Source: Ignavibacteria bacterium (GTDB lineage: Bacteria > Bacteroidota > Ignavibacteria > UBA10030 > UBA6906). From it: a stretch of DNA of 64,000 bases. Of this stretch, positions 16,129 to 24,996 are shown one piece after another. The stretch covers positions 6,840-70,839 of the forward strand of contig PSMW01000017.1 in NCBI GenBank assembly GCA_040290295.1, read 5' to 3'. Under the pieces are notes generated by a model. The model did not search any database and was not told the DNA's origin. It saw nothing but the letters and a program-made list of their open reading frames with translations. Within the stretch, counting starts at the first letter, position 1; every line of letters starts with the position of its first letter. The translations under genes and the position numbers were made by a program.

Positions 16129-17730
16129 ATGCCAAGCATACTCAAAGGAAGATGGGAGCCAGTCTATATTGGCAACAATCCCAGTGCTGGAGTTCTCAAC
16201 TCACAGCAAACTGCCGTTCATGCTTGCTTAGCGTACAACCCAAACGACGGCACATGGAAAGTTCTTTAGTTTCGTGCTGCCGATCTCGAGGAAGGAAACA
16301 CCTGGGTCAAGACACGCATGTGGCGTTCTGCATCAACGAGCCAGATTACTGCGCAGAGAATTCCTGATTGGCCAGGCGGAACAGAGAAGCCAAGAATATT
16401 CTGTGGAGGCCATGCGTTCATGCACGATGGCAAGCTCTTCGTTGCTGGAGGAAATCTTGGTCAAGTCGTGCAACCTTTTAGGGGTCTAAACTACGCATAC
16501 ATCTTTGATCCAACGATAGCAGACGAAAACACAAAGTGGGGTTACTTAGGCTCACCCGGATCACCGAACCGAATGTCAGCGGGAAGATGGTACCCAACGG
16601 TGACTCTTCTCCCAGATCGCCGTCTGTTGGTAATGTCCGGGTATATCACCGAGAGCCTGCCTGATCCCTACAATCGCACTCCTGAGATGTGGAATCCTCA
16701 AACTGGTCAATGGATTCGGCGAACTGCTCAACAAGCCAAGATGCCTTTCGACGCTCTTTACCCTGGTGCACATGTCGTTCCACGAGGACAGTATCAAGGG
16801 CAAGTGTTCTATTCCATGCCGATGCTGCAATCGTATGTCTTCGATCCCAATTTCGATGGTAATCCCAACGGCAGCACTTACTATTGGAAAGCTGTTCCGA
16901 ACACCGCGCGTTCGTTCTTTCGAGATGGAGGCTGTTCTATTCTTCTCCCGATCAAGTTGAGCCCAAGCACAGAAGCGAAAGTGTTAATCCTCGGCGGGAT
17001 GCAGGATGATCCTGCCTTTGGTACTGCAGTTGCAACAAACACAGCCGAGATCATCGACCTTGGTGCCGCAAACCCTGTTTGGCAATCTGCAGCTTCAATG
17101 ATAATGGAACGCACCCATGCCAATGCGATCATCCTTCCCGACGGAAAGATTCTTGTCACTGGCGGCAAGCAGATCTCCTTCAGGGAAGGTGCCGTAACCT
17201 TTGCTGAAATGTATGATCCTGACACCAATACCTGGACGCTCCTTCCCCCGAGCAGCTACACAAGGATGTACCACTCTGCTTCTATTCTACTACCCGATGC
17301 AACCGTGTGGGTTGGTGGAGGGGACACTCTGGGCGGAAGTCCTTCGAGCGATTTCATTGAGATATACAAGCCGGGATATTTGTTTGATCCTCCTGATCCC
17401 CAAGTGCGACCGAATATTCTTTCCATCAGCACAACTCAGATCACATACAATAGTGCCTTCACCATTGAAGTAAATTATCCTGTTGATTCAGCTATTCTCA
17501 TAAGCCTTGGCGCAACCAGCCATGCGTTTGACCAGAGCCAACGGGCAATTTACCTCAAACTTAGTTCTCTTCCGCCTAACGGCACGAACCCGTACAGCGT
17601 CACAACCCCGGCGAATGCAAACATAGCTCCACCAGGCTATTACCTGTTCTTTGTTTTGAGGCCGAAGTCGGCGAGTCAATCCGGTATGAATAGAATCCCG
17701 TCTGTTGCGAACTTCCTGAGATTGGCATAA
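16129..17730 (+). pseudogene. galactose oxidase/glyoxal oxidase-like protein (kelch propeller + DUF1929-type C-domain) with in-frame TAG; cassette 2
   Basis: ATG 16129 with SD AAAGGAG. In-frame TAG at 16267-16269 (..GTWKVL*FRAADLEEG..), then track ORF 16318..17730 in the same frame. Family text RMYHSASILLPDATVWVGGG and ATSHAFDQSQR...APPGYYLFFVL. Confidence 0.7.
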
Positions 17731-17741
17731 CCGGGAGGACA

Positions 17742-19457
17742 GTGATGGACTACGTGTTCTCTCGACCGATGAGGTCGTCCTCAATCCTATTTCTTTTTGC
17801 TTTTCGTTTCGTGATTGCTCAATGGTCAAACGACCCGAACGTCAATACACCAATCTCGACTGCTAACGGCGATCAGCAAGTACCTGCTATCGTGAGTGAT
17901 GGTGCACGAGGGGCTATTATTACATGGAAAGACACACGGAACACTATTTGGCCCGATATTTACGTTCAACGGGTTAATCAGTCTGGTATCATCCAATGGA
18001 CGACAAATGGAGTTCCAGTTGCCGTGGGAGGATTTCGAATGCATGAGTTTCCTAGGATGTCGATTGACGGAACTGGCGGCGCCATAATTGCGTGGAGGGA
18101 ATCACCTCCACAGCCTAATCTCAATTATGACATCTACGCACAGCGGATTAACACATCGGGTGTTGTGCAATGGCCGTCAGGTTGCATTCCAATTTGTGCA
18201 TTGCCGGGCCATCAAGGACCATATTCCATTGTGTATGATGGCACGAGAGGCGCATTCATTCTTTGGGGAGATGGTAGGAGGGTCGGCTTCAGTGACATCT
18301 ATATACAGCGTGTAAATGCCCTTGGACAAGCGCAATGGGATTCAAACGGGGTTCCCATATTTACGTTATACACCCCGGTGGGCCCATCCGCTACAATGAC
18401 AAACGATGGTGCAGGAGGCGTTATCATTACGTGACGTGGCATGACATGCGTAATCTCAACGACATTAACATCTACGCGCAACGTGTGAACGCATCAGGAA
18501 CAACGCTTTGGACATCAAACGGTGTTGCCGTTTGCACACACCCGGCCTATCAGCGTGAGCCTAAGTATTGTCAGCGACGGTTCCGAGGGAGCTATAATCA
18601 CATGGGGCGATGACCGCAATACTCCTGGCTCGGATTACGTTTTTGCTCAGCGGATCAGTGCTTTAGGCGCAAGACAATGGGCAACAGACGGAGTACGCAT
18701 ACCTGGTTTGGGCGCATCGCCTCATTCCATTGTAGGTGACGGAGCGGGTGGTGCAATCATCGCTGGTATCAGCCACAATAACGTCCGTGCACACCGCATC
18801 AGTGCCGAAGGAGCTCTGCTCTGGGATTCTAGTGGCGTTGTCCTTTCTACCGAACCTATAAATTACAACACAGCTATCGCGAGCGATAATGCGGGTGGCG
18901 CAATTGTCGCATGGCTCGATACCCGCAATGACTCAACGCATAACATCACCGACATCTATGCCCAACGCGTAAATGCTTCAGGTGCTGTCATGTGGCAAAC
19001 CAATGGAGTTCCAATCACAACGGCTCCCGGCAATCAATTCAATCTCGCAATCACAACCGATGGGGCCAGCGGAGCGATCATCGCATGGACAGATTGGCGC
19101 AGTGGCACCAACGCTAACATCTACGCACAACAAGTAAGTGCAAATGGGATTCTTGGGCAAGTGACTTCGGTCCAGAAGGAAGAGACTCTACCGAAAGACT
19201 TTGCTATGCTTCAGAACTATCCCAATCCGTTTAATTCCTCGACTACGATCGAGTTCGAGATTCCTCGGTCGACATTTGTCAGAGTTGTTATAGGCAATTA
19301 TCTCGGCCAGCAAATTGCAACCTTAGTGAGCAGACAACTTGCGCCCGGAAAATATCGTGAGTCCTTCAACGCAAGTAAGCTTTCAAGTGGCGTCTATTTC
19401 TACAAGCTTCTAACATCAGAATCATCAATCGTAAAGAAAATGTTATTGCTGAGATGA
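17742..19457 (+). pseudogene. secreted repeat protein with T9SS C-terminal sorting domain, broken by two frameshifts; cassette 2
   Basis: Signal peptide, about 9 repeats of ...DIYAQRVN.SG...W..NGV..., and a C-terminal NYPNPFNSSTTIEFEIP...GVYFYKL T9SS sorting-domain pattern. The frame changes at 18429-18438 (ACGTG duplicated) and back at about 18545-18560 (track ORFs 17742..18434, 18335..18613, 18522..19457). Confidence 0.7.
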
Positions 19458-19468
19458 TGATGGCACTA

Positions 19469-19603
19469 CGCCTAACAAGCGTGTTCACGACGCTCACATC
19501 GTTTGATATGGATTATAGAGTTCGCTCAACACAGTTTGCCGCGAAAAGAATTGGTCATTTGATAGCGGCAAACTGCGCTGCGTGCTTTTGGTAAACGTTA
19601 TGC
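19469..19603 (+). repeat. attC site 2
   Basis: 5' box CGCCTAAC (19469-19476), shared internal consensus CGACGCTCACATCGTTTGATATGGATTATAGAGTTCGCTCAA, 3' arm GCGTGCTTTTGGTAAAC-GTTATGC (19597-19603). Confidence 0.75.
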
Positions 19604-19674
19604 GTCATGGCCGCCAGCAACAAAATGATTATCTAACCAACTAAGTTAATCACAAGCACTAGGAGGATCTCATC

Positions 19675-20241
19675 ATGGCAGAATTGATAGTTCCCATCAC
19701 ACTCAAACAGTACTGGTATGAGGATATCACGAAGGCGGAAGCAATCAGACGATTGGATGGCCGAAACCTCGATCCAGAAACTCGTGCTGAAATAGAGCGG
19801 GACATTCCAGAACGCTCTCGACATTACCTGACTTTCGAAGCCCCATTTTTTCGAGAATATCTTGATTGGGGAGATGGCGTTGCAAGTCTCATTCTCCTCC
19901 TTCCCATGAAGGTGGGAGTAAACAATTTTGTTGTGCAAGGTTTCGTAGATAAGTCTGGGATATCTGGGGTCTGGCGCTCTGAATTCACTGTTGATTTACA
20001 AAAAGGACTGTTCGAAAATGGCAAGCCCGTTCCATTTAATTATTCTAACGAGCCTGTCCAACTAAATCTTGATGTCACGTTCGTCGTCCCCGAGCCTGAA
20101 CCAGAGAGACCTCGTTGCAGTTGCAGAGCCTGCGAATGGGTTCATTCGTTGCTCGGAATTCACTGGGCCGATCCTTTGTGTTGCTTGGGTTGCTGTTTCA
20201 ACATAAATCACAGGCCCGCTCTTGTTTTCGAGCAATTCTGA
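19675..20241 (+). CDS. hypothetical protein with Cys-rich C-terminus; cassette 3, gene 1
   Basis: 188-aa ORF with strong SD AGGAGG. No family recognised. C-terminal CSCRACEWVHSLLGIHWADPLCCLGCCF cluster. Confidence 0.6.
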   Translation: MAELIVPITLKQYWYEDITKAEAIRRLDGRNLDPETRAEIERDIPERSRHYLTFEAPFFREYLDWGDGVASLILLLPMKVGVNNFVVQGFVDKSGISGVWRSEFTVDLQKGLFENGKPVPFNYSNEPVQLNLDVTFVVPEPEPERPRCSCRACEWVHSLLGIHWADPLCCLGCCFNINHRPALVFEQF

Positions 20242-20244
20242 ATC

Positions 20245-20670
20245 ATGAAAACAATTCTACGCAACGAGGTCCTAGCAATTCTCTTTGGTTTGAGTGCGTG
20301 TTCTTGGGTACCACACTGGGCTTGCCACTATTATCGACTCGAAACCGAAAGCACATTCGTTGTGGGGAATTGGAGCTTCTCTTCAACGGATAGCATTGCA
20401 AGTTTGCTGGTTTACGGATCGCTAATCGTACTAAACTTGGTTTCCATTTCCGTTAGTAAGCTGCGGGTTTCGGCATCTCTGATCACTGGCCTTTGTCATG
20501 TTATTATTGGATCGATTCACCTATATCGTTTGTGGAATCCCTTCACATTTGAAGTGTTTGGATACACATGGTCTTATGGTGCATCAGTTAGAGAAGTGGT
20601 AATAGTGGTTCCGTTTGGTTTACTTTGCTTGTTCGTTGCTTCGAAACTGCATCACCAGAAAGCTTTGTAA
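20245..20670 (+). CDS. hypothetical small membrane protein (about 4 TM); cassette 3, gene 2
   Basis: 141-aa ORF starting 3 nt after the upstream stop codon. Four hydrophobic segments, N-terminal CSWVPHWACHYY. No family recognised. Confidence 0.55.
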   Translation: MKTILRNEVLAILFGLSACSWVPHWACHYYRLETESTFVVGNWSFSSTDSIASLLVYGSLIVLNLVSISVSKLRVSASLITGLCHVIIGSIHLYRLWNPFTFEVFGYTWSYGASVREVVIVVPFGLLCLFVASKLHHQKAL

Positions 20671-20675
20671 TTTTC

Positions 20676-20834
20676 ATGGTCAATTTGCTGGCGGCCACGA
20701 ACGCATAACAACCAAAAGCACGACGCTCACATCGTTTGATATGAATTATGGAGTTCGCTCAATCCCGCCAGCCACAAGAAAATTATTCATTCATAGTGGC
20801 TGGCGGGACTGCGTGCTTTTGGTGAACGTTATGC
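20676..20834 (+). repeat. attC site 3
   Basis: 5' arm TTGCTGGCGGCCACGAACGCATAAC-AA-CCAAAAGCAC; 3' arm GTGCTTTTGG-TGAAC-GTTATGC (20828-20834). The R boxes are perfectly complementary. Confidence 0.8.
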
Positions 20835-21011
20835 GTCATGCATGCCAGCACAAAACAGTCTGCTTATCTACTCGCGGAATTTTTTTTGAGAGTGATGAAG
20901 CAAGCGCTGTGGTTGCCGGATAGTCGTTCGCATCAAGAAGCAATCGGCGTCACTCGAAGTCGTGAGCATTCGGCAACCACCTCCGACGCGTGACTTAGTA
21001 AGTGTGTACAA

Positions 21012-21148
21012 GCTGGCATGCACGAACCCATAACAATCGCAAGCACCGACGCTCGTTTTGTTATAGCTTTTGATTGAACTCGCTCCATCCCGCACATCAT
21101 TTATAAAAGTTGGAAGTGCGGGACGGCGTGCTTGCTCGAACGTTAGTT
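21012..21148 (+). repeat. attC site 4
   Basis: 5' arm GCTGGCATGCACGAACCCATAAC-AATCG-CAAGCAC; 3' arm GTGCTTG-CTCGAAC-GTTAGTT (21142-21148). Confidence 0.75.
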
Positions 21149-21186
21149 GCAATTGCCCGTCACATGGATAGGAAAGGGCTGCCAAA

Positions 21187-22314
21187 ATGAACAAGACTAG
21201 TCTCTTCATCATCTCGACGATTGTGATGTTTGTTTCTTGCAAAGATATGGGAAGTGAACCTCCACCGATTCCACCTCCTCCACCGCTTCCTGATGACGTT
21301 GCACTCTACGTTTCCATGGACAGCTACCAAGACTGCGGCATTTGTGTCCTCAATGCAAACACGCTTGAACGGGTTGACACATTAGTTACGAGACCCGGAG
21401 TACCTCGGACGATTGAGTTCTCACCTGATCACAGCATATGGTATTCGATATGGGCCACAGGTGGACCGAACCATTCTCTCTTTTCCGGAGATGTACACCC
21501 CCTTTCAGTCCGAAATGCAATCCCTCTCCAGTACTCAAAATACGCATTGGTAAGAAGTGCGGGCCAACGCTATTTGATTGCTTACGGCGACAAGGGCATA
21601 GATGTCTTTGATCGTGCTACTCTAAGTCTAGTGCATCAGGACACATCTTCCTTCTTTGGCAGATCCACCAGAGTCATCGCTTCCCCCAATCATAACCTTA
21701 TCTATTTCACGGGATGGGAAAACAGACAACTCGTAGGATTTGGAGTTTACAATCTCGATTCCATGAAACTCACAGATACCTTAAGACTTTTTGATCGGGT
21801 TCAATACCCCGGGCTCAAGGATGCCGACCTCGTTATTTCGCCCGACGATAGATTCCTTTTTCTCTCTGCTTGGAATTGGCGAGGCGGAGGAGGGTTCAAT
21901 TCCTTCTTCATCATAGATATCTCTCAGAAGCGTCTTTTGTATGAATTCCCCTGCGGCCCTTTTGCGAGATTGGCCTTGAGTCCAGACGGACGAAGTGTTT
22001 ACATCAGCAAAGATGGGTTCAATCTATACATATTCCCTCCCACAAATCACCGCACGTATAGATACGAGGTGCAGACAAACACAATCTATAACTTTTTGAA
22101 CCGAGGTGGCTCAACAGGTATGGTCGTTGCAGATGACAACAGGACTGTCTTTCTCTCAGATGGCGGCGAGGTCATCAAGGCCGACGCCCTCACCGGGATA
22201 ATCCTCAGCACATACTCGGTTCCTCTCGATTCGCTGGGCCGCCTGACAAGCGGTATTCGCAACATCAGACTTGGAAGATACCCTGCGGAAACTCATTCTG
22301 CTGGAAGGAGGTGA
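21187..22314 (+). CDS. lipoprotein with beta-propeller repeats (YVTN/lactonase-like); cassette 5
   Basis: Lipoprotein-type signal (MNKTSLFIISTIVMFVSC), a Pro-rich linker, and repeated ...SPD(G/H/D)...(Y/F)... blade-like segments. Confidence 0.6.
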   Translation: MNKTSLFIISTIVMFVSCKDMGSEPPPIPPPPPLPDDVALYVSMDSYQDCGICVLNANTLERVDTLVTRPGVPRTIEFSPDHSIWYSIWATGGPNHSLFSGDVHPLSVRNAIPLQYSKYALVRSAGQRYLIAYGDKGIDVFDRATLSLVHQDTSSFFGRSTRVIASPNHNLIYFTGWENRQLVGFGVYNLDSMKLTDTLRLFDRVQYPGLKDADLVISPDDRFLFLSAWNWRGGGGFNSFFIIDISQKRLLYEFPCGPFARLALSPDGRSVYISKDGFNLYIFPPTNHRTYRYEVQTNTIYNFLNRGGSTGMVVADDNRTVFLSDGGEVIKADALTGIILSTYSVPLDSLGRLTSGIRNIRLGRYPAETHSAGRR

Positions 22315-22349
22315 TCGCATGTGCTCCAAAACAAGACCGCCGCCATTGT

Positions 22350-22447
22350 GCATCTAACACAATGACGGCAGTAGCCACCAAACAATCGACACCCATGGAT
22401 TGACGCTGGGGTTGCAGCCCAACGGGGCGCCGACTTGTTTGTAACCC
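22350..22447 (+). repeat. degenerate attC site 5
   Basis: 5' box GCATCTAAC is the complement (8/9) of the cassette-5 start GTTAGTTGC. L-type pairing ACAATGACGGC / GCCGACTTGT. The 3' core is poor (TTTGTAAC). Confidence 0.4.
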
Positions 22448-22507
22448 AATGTATAAAACTTGTGGTCCTTTTCCAATCCGAGGGGCCACATCATCATTGG
22501 AGTAACT

Positions 22508-23353
22508 ATGAGACACACAAAGTGTTTCGCAGCAACGCTGATCCTATCGCTCATTCTTCTGCCGCAGCTACTGTTCGCAGGCAGCGACTACTTCTGGGCA
22601 GGAGACAAGAAGGTCAGCATCGTTTCAGATCGCTCTACCCTTGTTGTTGTGTTCAAGGAAGAGAGCTATCAGAAAAATATTTCCTCCATCTATGCAAAGG
22701 TGCCGGATCTAGTCGAGGCAACCATATCCGGTGACCAGCCCATGGTGGTGCTAGTGTTTCAAACAGATCGACTCTCATCAGAACCCAGTGTCCTCCAGAG
22801 CAACGGTTTATCACCTTCAGACATCGAGTGGCATTCCTTCGGGTATTTTGTCCTGGGCTCTTCACCTCTCCGACCTCTCCGACCAACAAATCGCATTTCG
22901 TTCAAGCTGAAAGGAGGTTCCTTGCCACAACAACTCGAACGGTTCATGCAAGGGAAGGCAACCTTCGATCACACCCACTTCGGCACACCCACTGGTCGCA
23001 TCACCTTTACTAGCACCTCCGGCTCCTGGCAGGGCATCACGCTTACGGGCGCGAATAATTCCTCCCTCCAATACTGTGACCTCAACTACCCCATTTCTCC
23101 CATCGTCGCCACAAACACAAGCAATCTCACAATCAACAACGTGAGCATCGGTAACTCCAGCTTTCAAAATTATCCCCACGATGCCGCGATGGCGTTCTAT
23201 AATTCGTCGCCTACAATCAGTTCTGTCGTCATCAATGGACAGTCAAATTCTTGGAACGGTGTCCGCTTCGCACAGGGTTCCACTGGCTCGATTACAAATA
23301 GCACCATTCAGAACTCCGGCGCAGCGTGGGCAGATTGCGGATTCATCTGTTAG
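22508..23353 (+). CDS. secreted beta-helix repeat protein, N-terminal part only (C-terminus missing or frameshifted)
   Basis: Signal peptide MRHTKCFAATLILSLILLPQLLFAGS. From about aa 180 come beta-helix style repeats (ITLTGANNSSLQYCDL, ATNTSNLTINNVSIGNSS, GSTGSITNSTIQNSG). It ends abruptly; repeat-like text continues in another frame to about 23531. Confidence 0.55.
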   Translation: MRHTKCFAATLILSLILLPQLLFAGSDYFWAGDKKVSIVSDRSTLVVVFKEESYQKNISSIYAKVPDLVEATISGDQPMVVLVFQTDRLSSEPSVLQSNGLSPSDIEWHSFGYFVLGSSPLRPLRPTNRISFKLKGGSLPQQLERFMQGKATFDHTHFGTPTGRITFTSTSGSWQGITLTGANNSSLQYCDLNYPISPIVATNTSNLTINNVSIGNSSFQNYPHDAAMAFYNSSPTISSVVINGQSNSWNGVRFAQGSTGSITNSTIQNSGAAWADCGFIC

Positions 23354-23673
23354 AGGCTCTTGCTGGATCGTTAACAGCCAAGGGTCCCGTGCAATTGCGC
23401 GAAAGTGCTCGTTGCTCAATGTTTTACGAGATTCCTTGCGATTTCGGTTGACTTTACCCACCGCCCCATCCTATATTTTTGCAGGTGCGGGGGTGGCAGG
23501 GGCTTTTATCCCAGTGAACAAAAAGCGATGACACGCAATGATCTCGGTGAAGCACTGACCGCTTGATAGAGAAAGAACGGATTGCAAACGATTATATTGA
23601 CCCCGATTTCGAGCGAGCATATTTTTTGCTTTAATTAAACTCACAGTTGTGAGTATTCGGAAAGGGTCAATGT

Positions 23674-23919
23674 ATGGAAGGGTTACAGAAACGATGGAGT
23701 ACAAGAAAGAAGGCGGAGGTTGTACTCCAGCTGTTGAGAGGAGAAGTTCTTGATGCAGTAAGCCGTGAGACGACGGTGCCGGTCAGTGTACTGAGCCGGT
23801 GGAGAGAGGATTTTATCGAAGCGGGGATTGCTGGCCTTAAAGGAAAAAGTCTCGATGATGCACGGATCGCCAAGTTGGAGAAGAAGGTTGGTCAACAGGC
23901 GATGGAGATCGGACTGTAG
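23674..23919 (+). CDS. IS3-family transposase OrfA (HTH/leucine-zipper part)
   Basis: WSTRKKAEVVLQLLRGEVLDAVSRETTVPVSVLSRWREDFIEAG... followed by a coiled-coil tail, the typical IS3 OrfA layout. Confidence 0.75.
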   Translation: MEGLQKRWSTRKKAEVVLQLLRGEVLDAVSRETTVPVSVLSRWREDFIEAGIAGLKGKSLDDARIAKLEKKVGQQAMEIGL

Positions 23920-23933
23920 AAAAAAAAGAGGCG

Positions 23934-24864
23934 GTGGAACCAGAGCAACCACGGGAGTTTGCCGAGGTCATGATGAAAGAGAAATCGGAGACGACGGGCA
24001 AGCATTATCCGATGCGTCTGGTGTTACGTGTGGCAGAGTATTCTTCAGCAGCGTGGTATGGCAAGCGGCAGAAGAAGCAGGTGGTCGAGCGCCGAGGGCC
24101 CAAGCCTGTGGTAAAGGATGAAGAACTTCTGAAGTTGATTGGCGAGGTAATCGAGACGTGTCCGTTTCATTCAGAAGGATATAAGAAGGTACACCTACGC
24201 TTGCGTCGGCAAGGCATTCGAGTCGGGAAACAGCGTGTTTTAGGCTTGATGCGAGCGAACAACTTGTTAGCTCCCGTGAGACCGAAAAGCAATGGGGCGT
24301 CGCGACCCCACGATGGGACCATCATCACCGAACTGCCGAATCATCTGTGGGGCACGGATAGGAAACAGTTCCGGACAGAGGAAGACGGATGGTGCTCACT
24401 TCTTTGGAGTGATTGATCACTATAACGATGAAGTACTTGCTTGGCACAGTGCAAAGAAAGGCAATCGCTTTGCTGCGTTGGAACCGGTGCGACAAGCCGT
24501 CAAACACTGTTACCGAGCGATTGGTCAAGGCATTGCTGATGGGACCGGATTGTTCTTGCGCAGCGATCACGGCACTCAATACGAATCGAAAGATTTCCCC
24601 AATGAACTGAAGTTCTTAGGGTTGAAGCATTCGCCATCGTTTGTGAGAAGCCCGGAGTGCAACGGCATCATCGAACGGTTTCATCGAACATTGCAGGAGC
24701 AGGTGTTTGATATTTATCAGTTCAGGAATCTGGAAGAAGCGCGACGGGTCATTGCGGAGTTTATCGACCTCTACAATCATCAGTGGATTATGCACCGACT
24801 CGGCGGTCTTTCACCGGTGGAATACAGAAATCAACATCAAAAAGTTTTCTTAAAAAGTGCTTGA
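23934..24864 (+). pseudogene. IS3-family transposase OrfB (integrase core), internal +1 frameshift
   Basis: Its frame is -1 relative to orfA and is open from 23859. DDE residues in HLWGTD, SDHGTQY and NGIIERFHRTLQE. The reading frame switches at about 24388-24395 (track ORFs 23934..24416 and 24292..24864). Confidence 0.7.
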
Positions 24865-24996
24865 CTAATTGGGGCCAATACACAAGGTTGTTATCACTGT
24901 AGCCCAAGGAACAATGTTCGTAGTAGGAAATAATCTCAACGGTGGTAGTAACACAGAAATCAGGGCTTATGGACAACTGAATGAGGTTGAACAATT

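Larger units (their letters stand above)
23595..24880 (+). mobile_element. IS3-family insertion sequence (orfA + frameshifted orfB)
   Basis: Imperfect terminal inverted repeats TATTGACCCCGATT (23595-) and AATTGGGGCCAATA (-24880), enclosing an HTH orfA and a DDE (rve) orfB. No clear target-site duplication seen. Confidence 0.7.

Noticed and set aside
16267-16269. TAG in the galactose-oxidase-like gene as a recoded sense codon (pyrrolysine or an altered genetic code).
   Set aside because: TAG is used as a normal terminator elsewhere in the window (for example IS orfA at 23917-23919 and the S8 gene at 28063-28065), and no pyl genes or PYLIS-like context are seen. A simple nonsense mutation or base error is more parsimonious.
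15891-21148. Could the recurring ~135-190-bp elements be a CRISPR array or generic REP/MITE repeats?
   Set aside because: They are imperfect palindromes of differing length and sequence, not short identical direct repeats. The 'spacers' are 0.2-3.5-kb coding units. Each element's 5' arm is complementary to the start of its own upstream unit, which fits attC logic, not CRISPR or MITEs. No cas genes are present.
20868-21242. 124-aa minus-strand ORF across the mini-cassette.
   Set aside because: It runs through attC4 and into the start of the next cassette gene, which is incompatible with the cassette boundaries.
23920-23927. The A8 run as the canonical IS3 -1 programmed frameshift site.
   Set aside because: It lies after the orfA stop codon, so ribosomes translating orfA would terminate before reaching it. 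It is kept only as an oddity in the IS finding.
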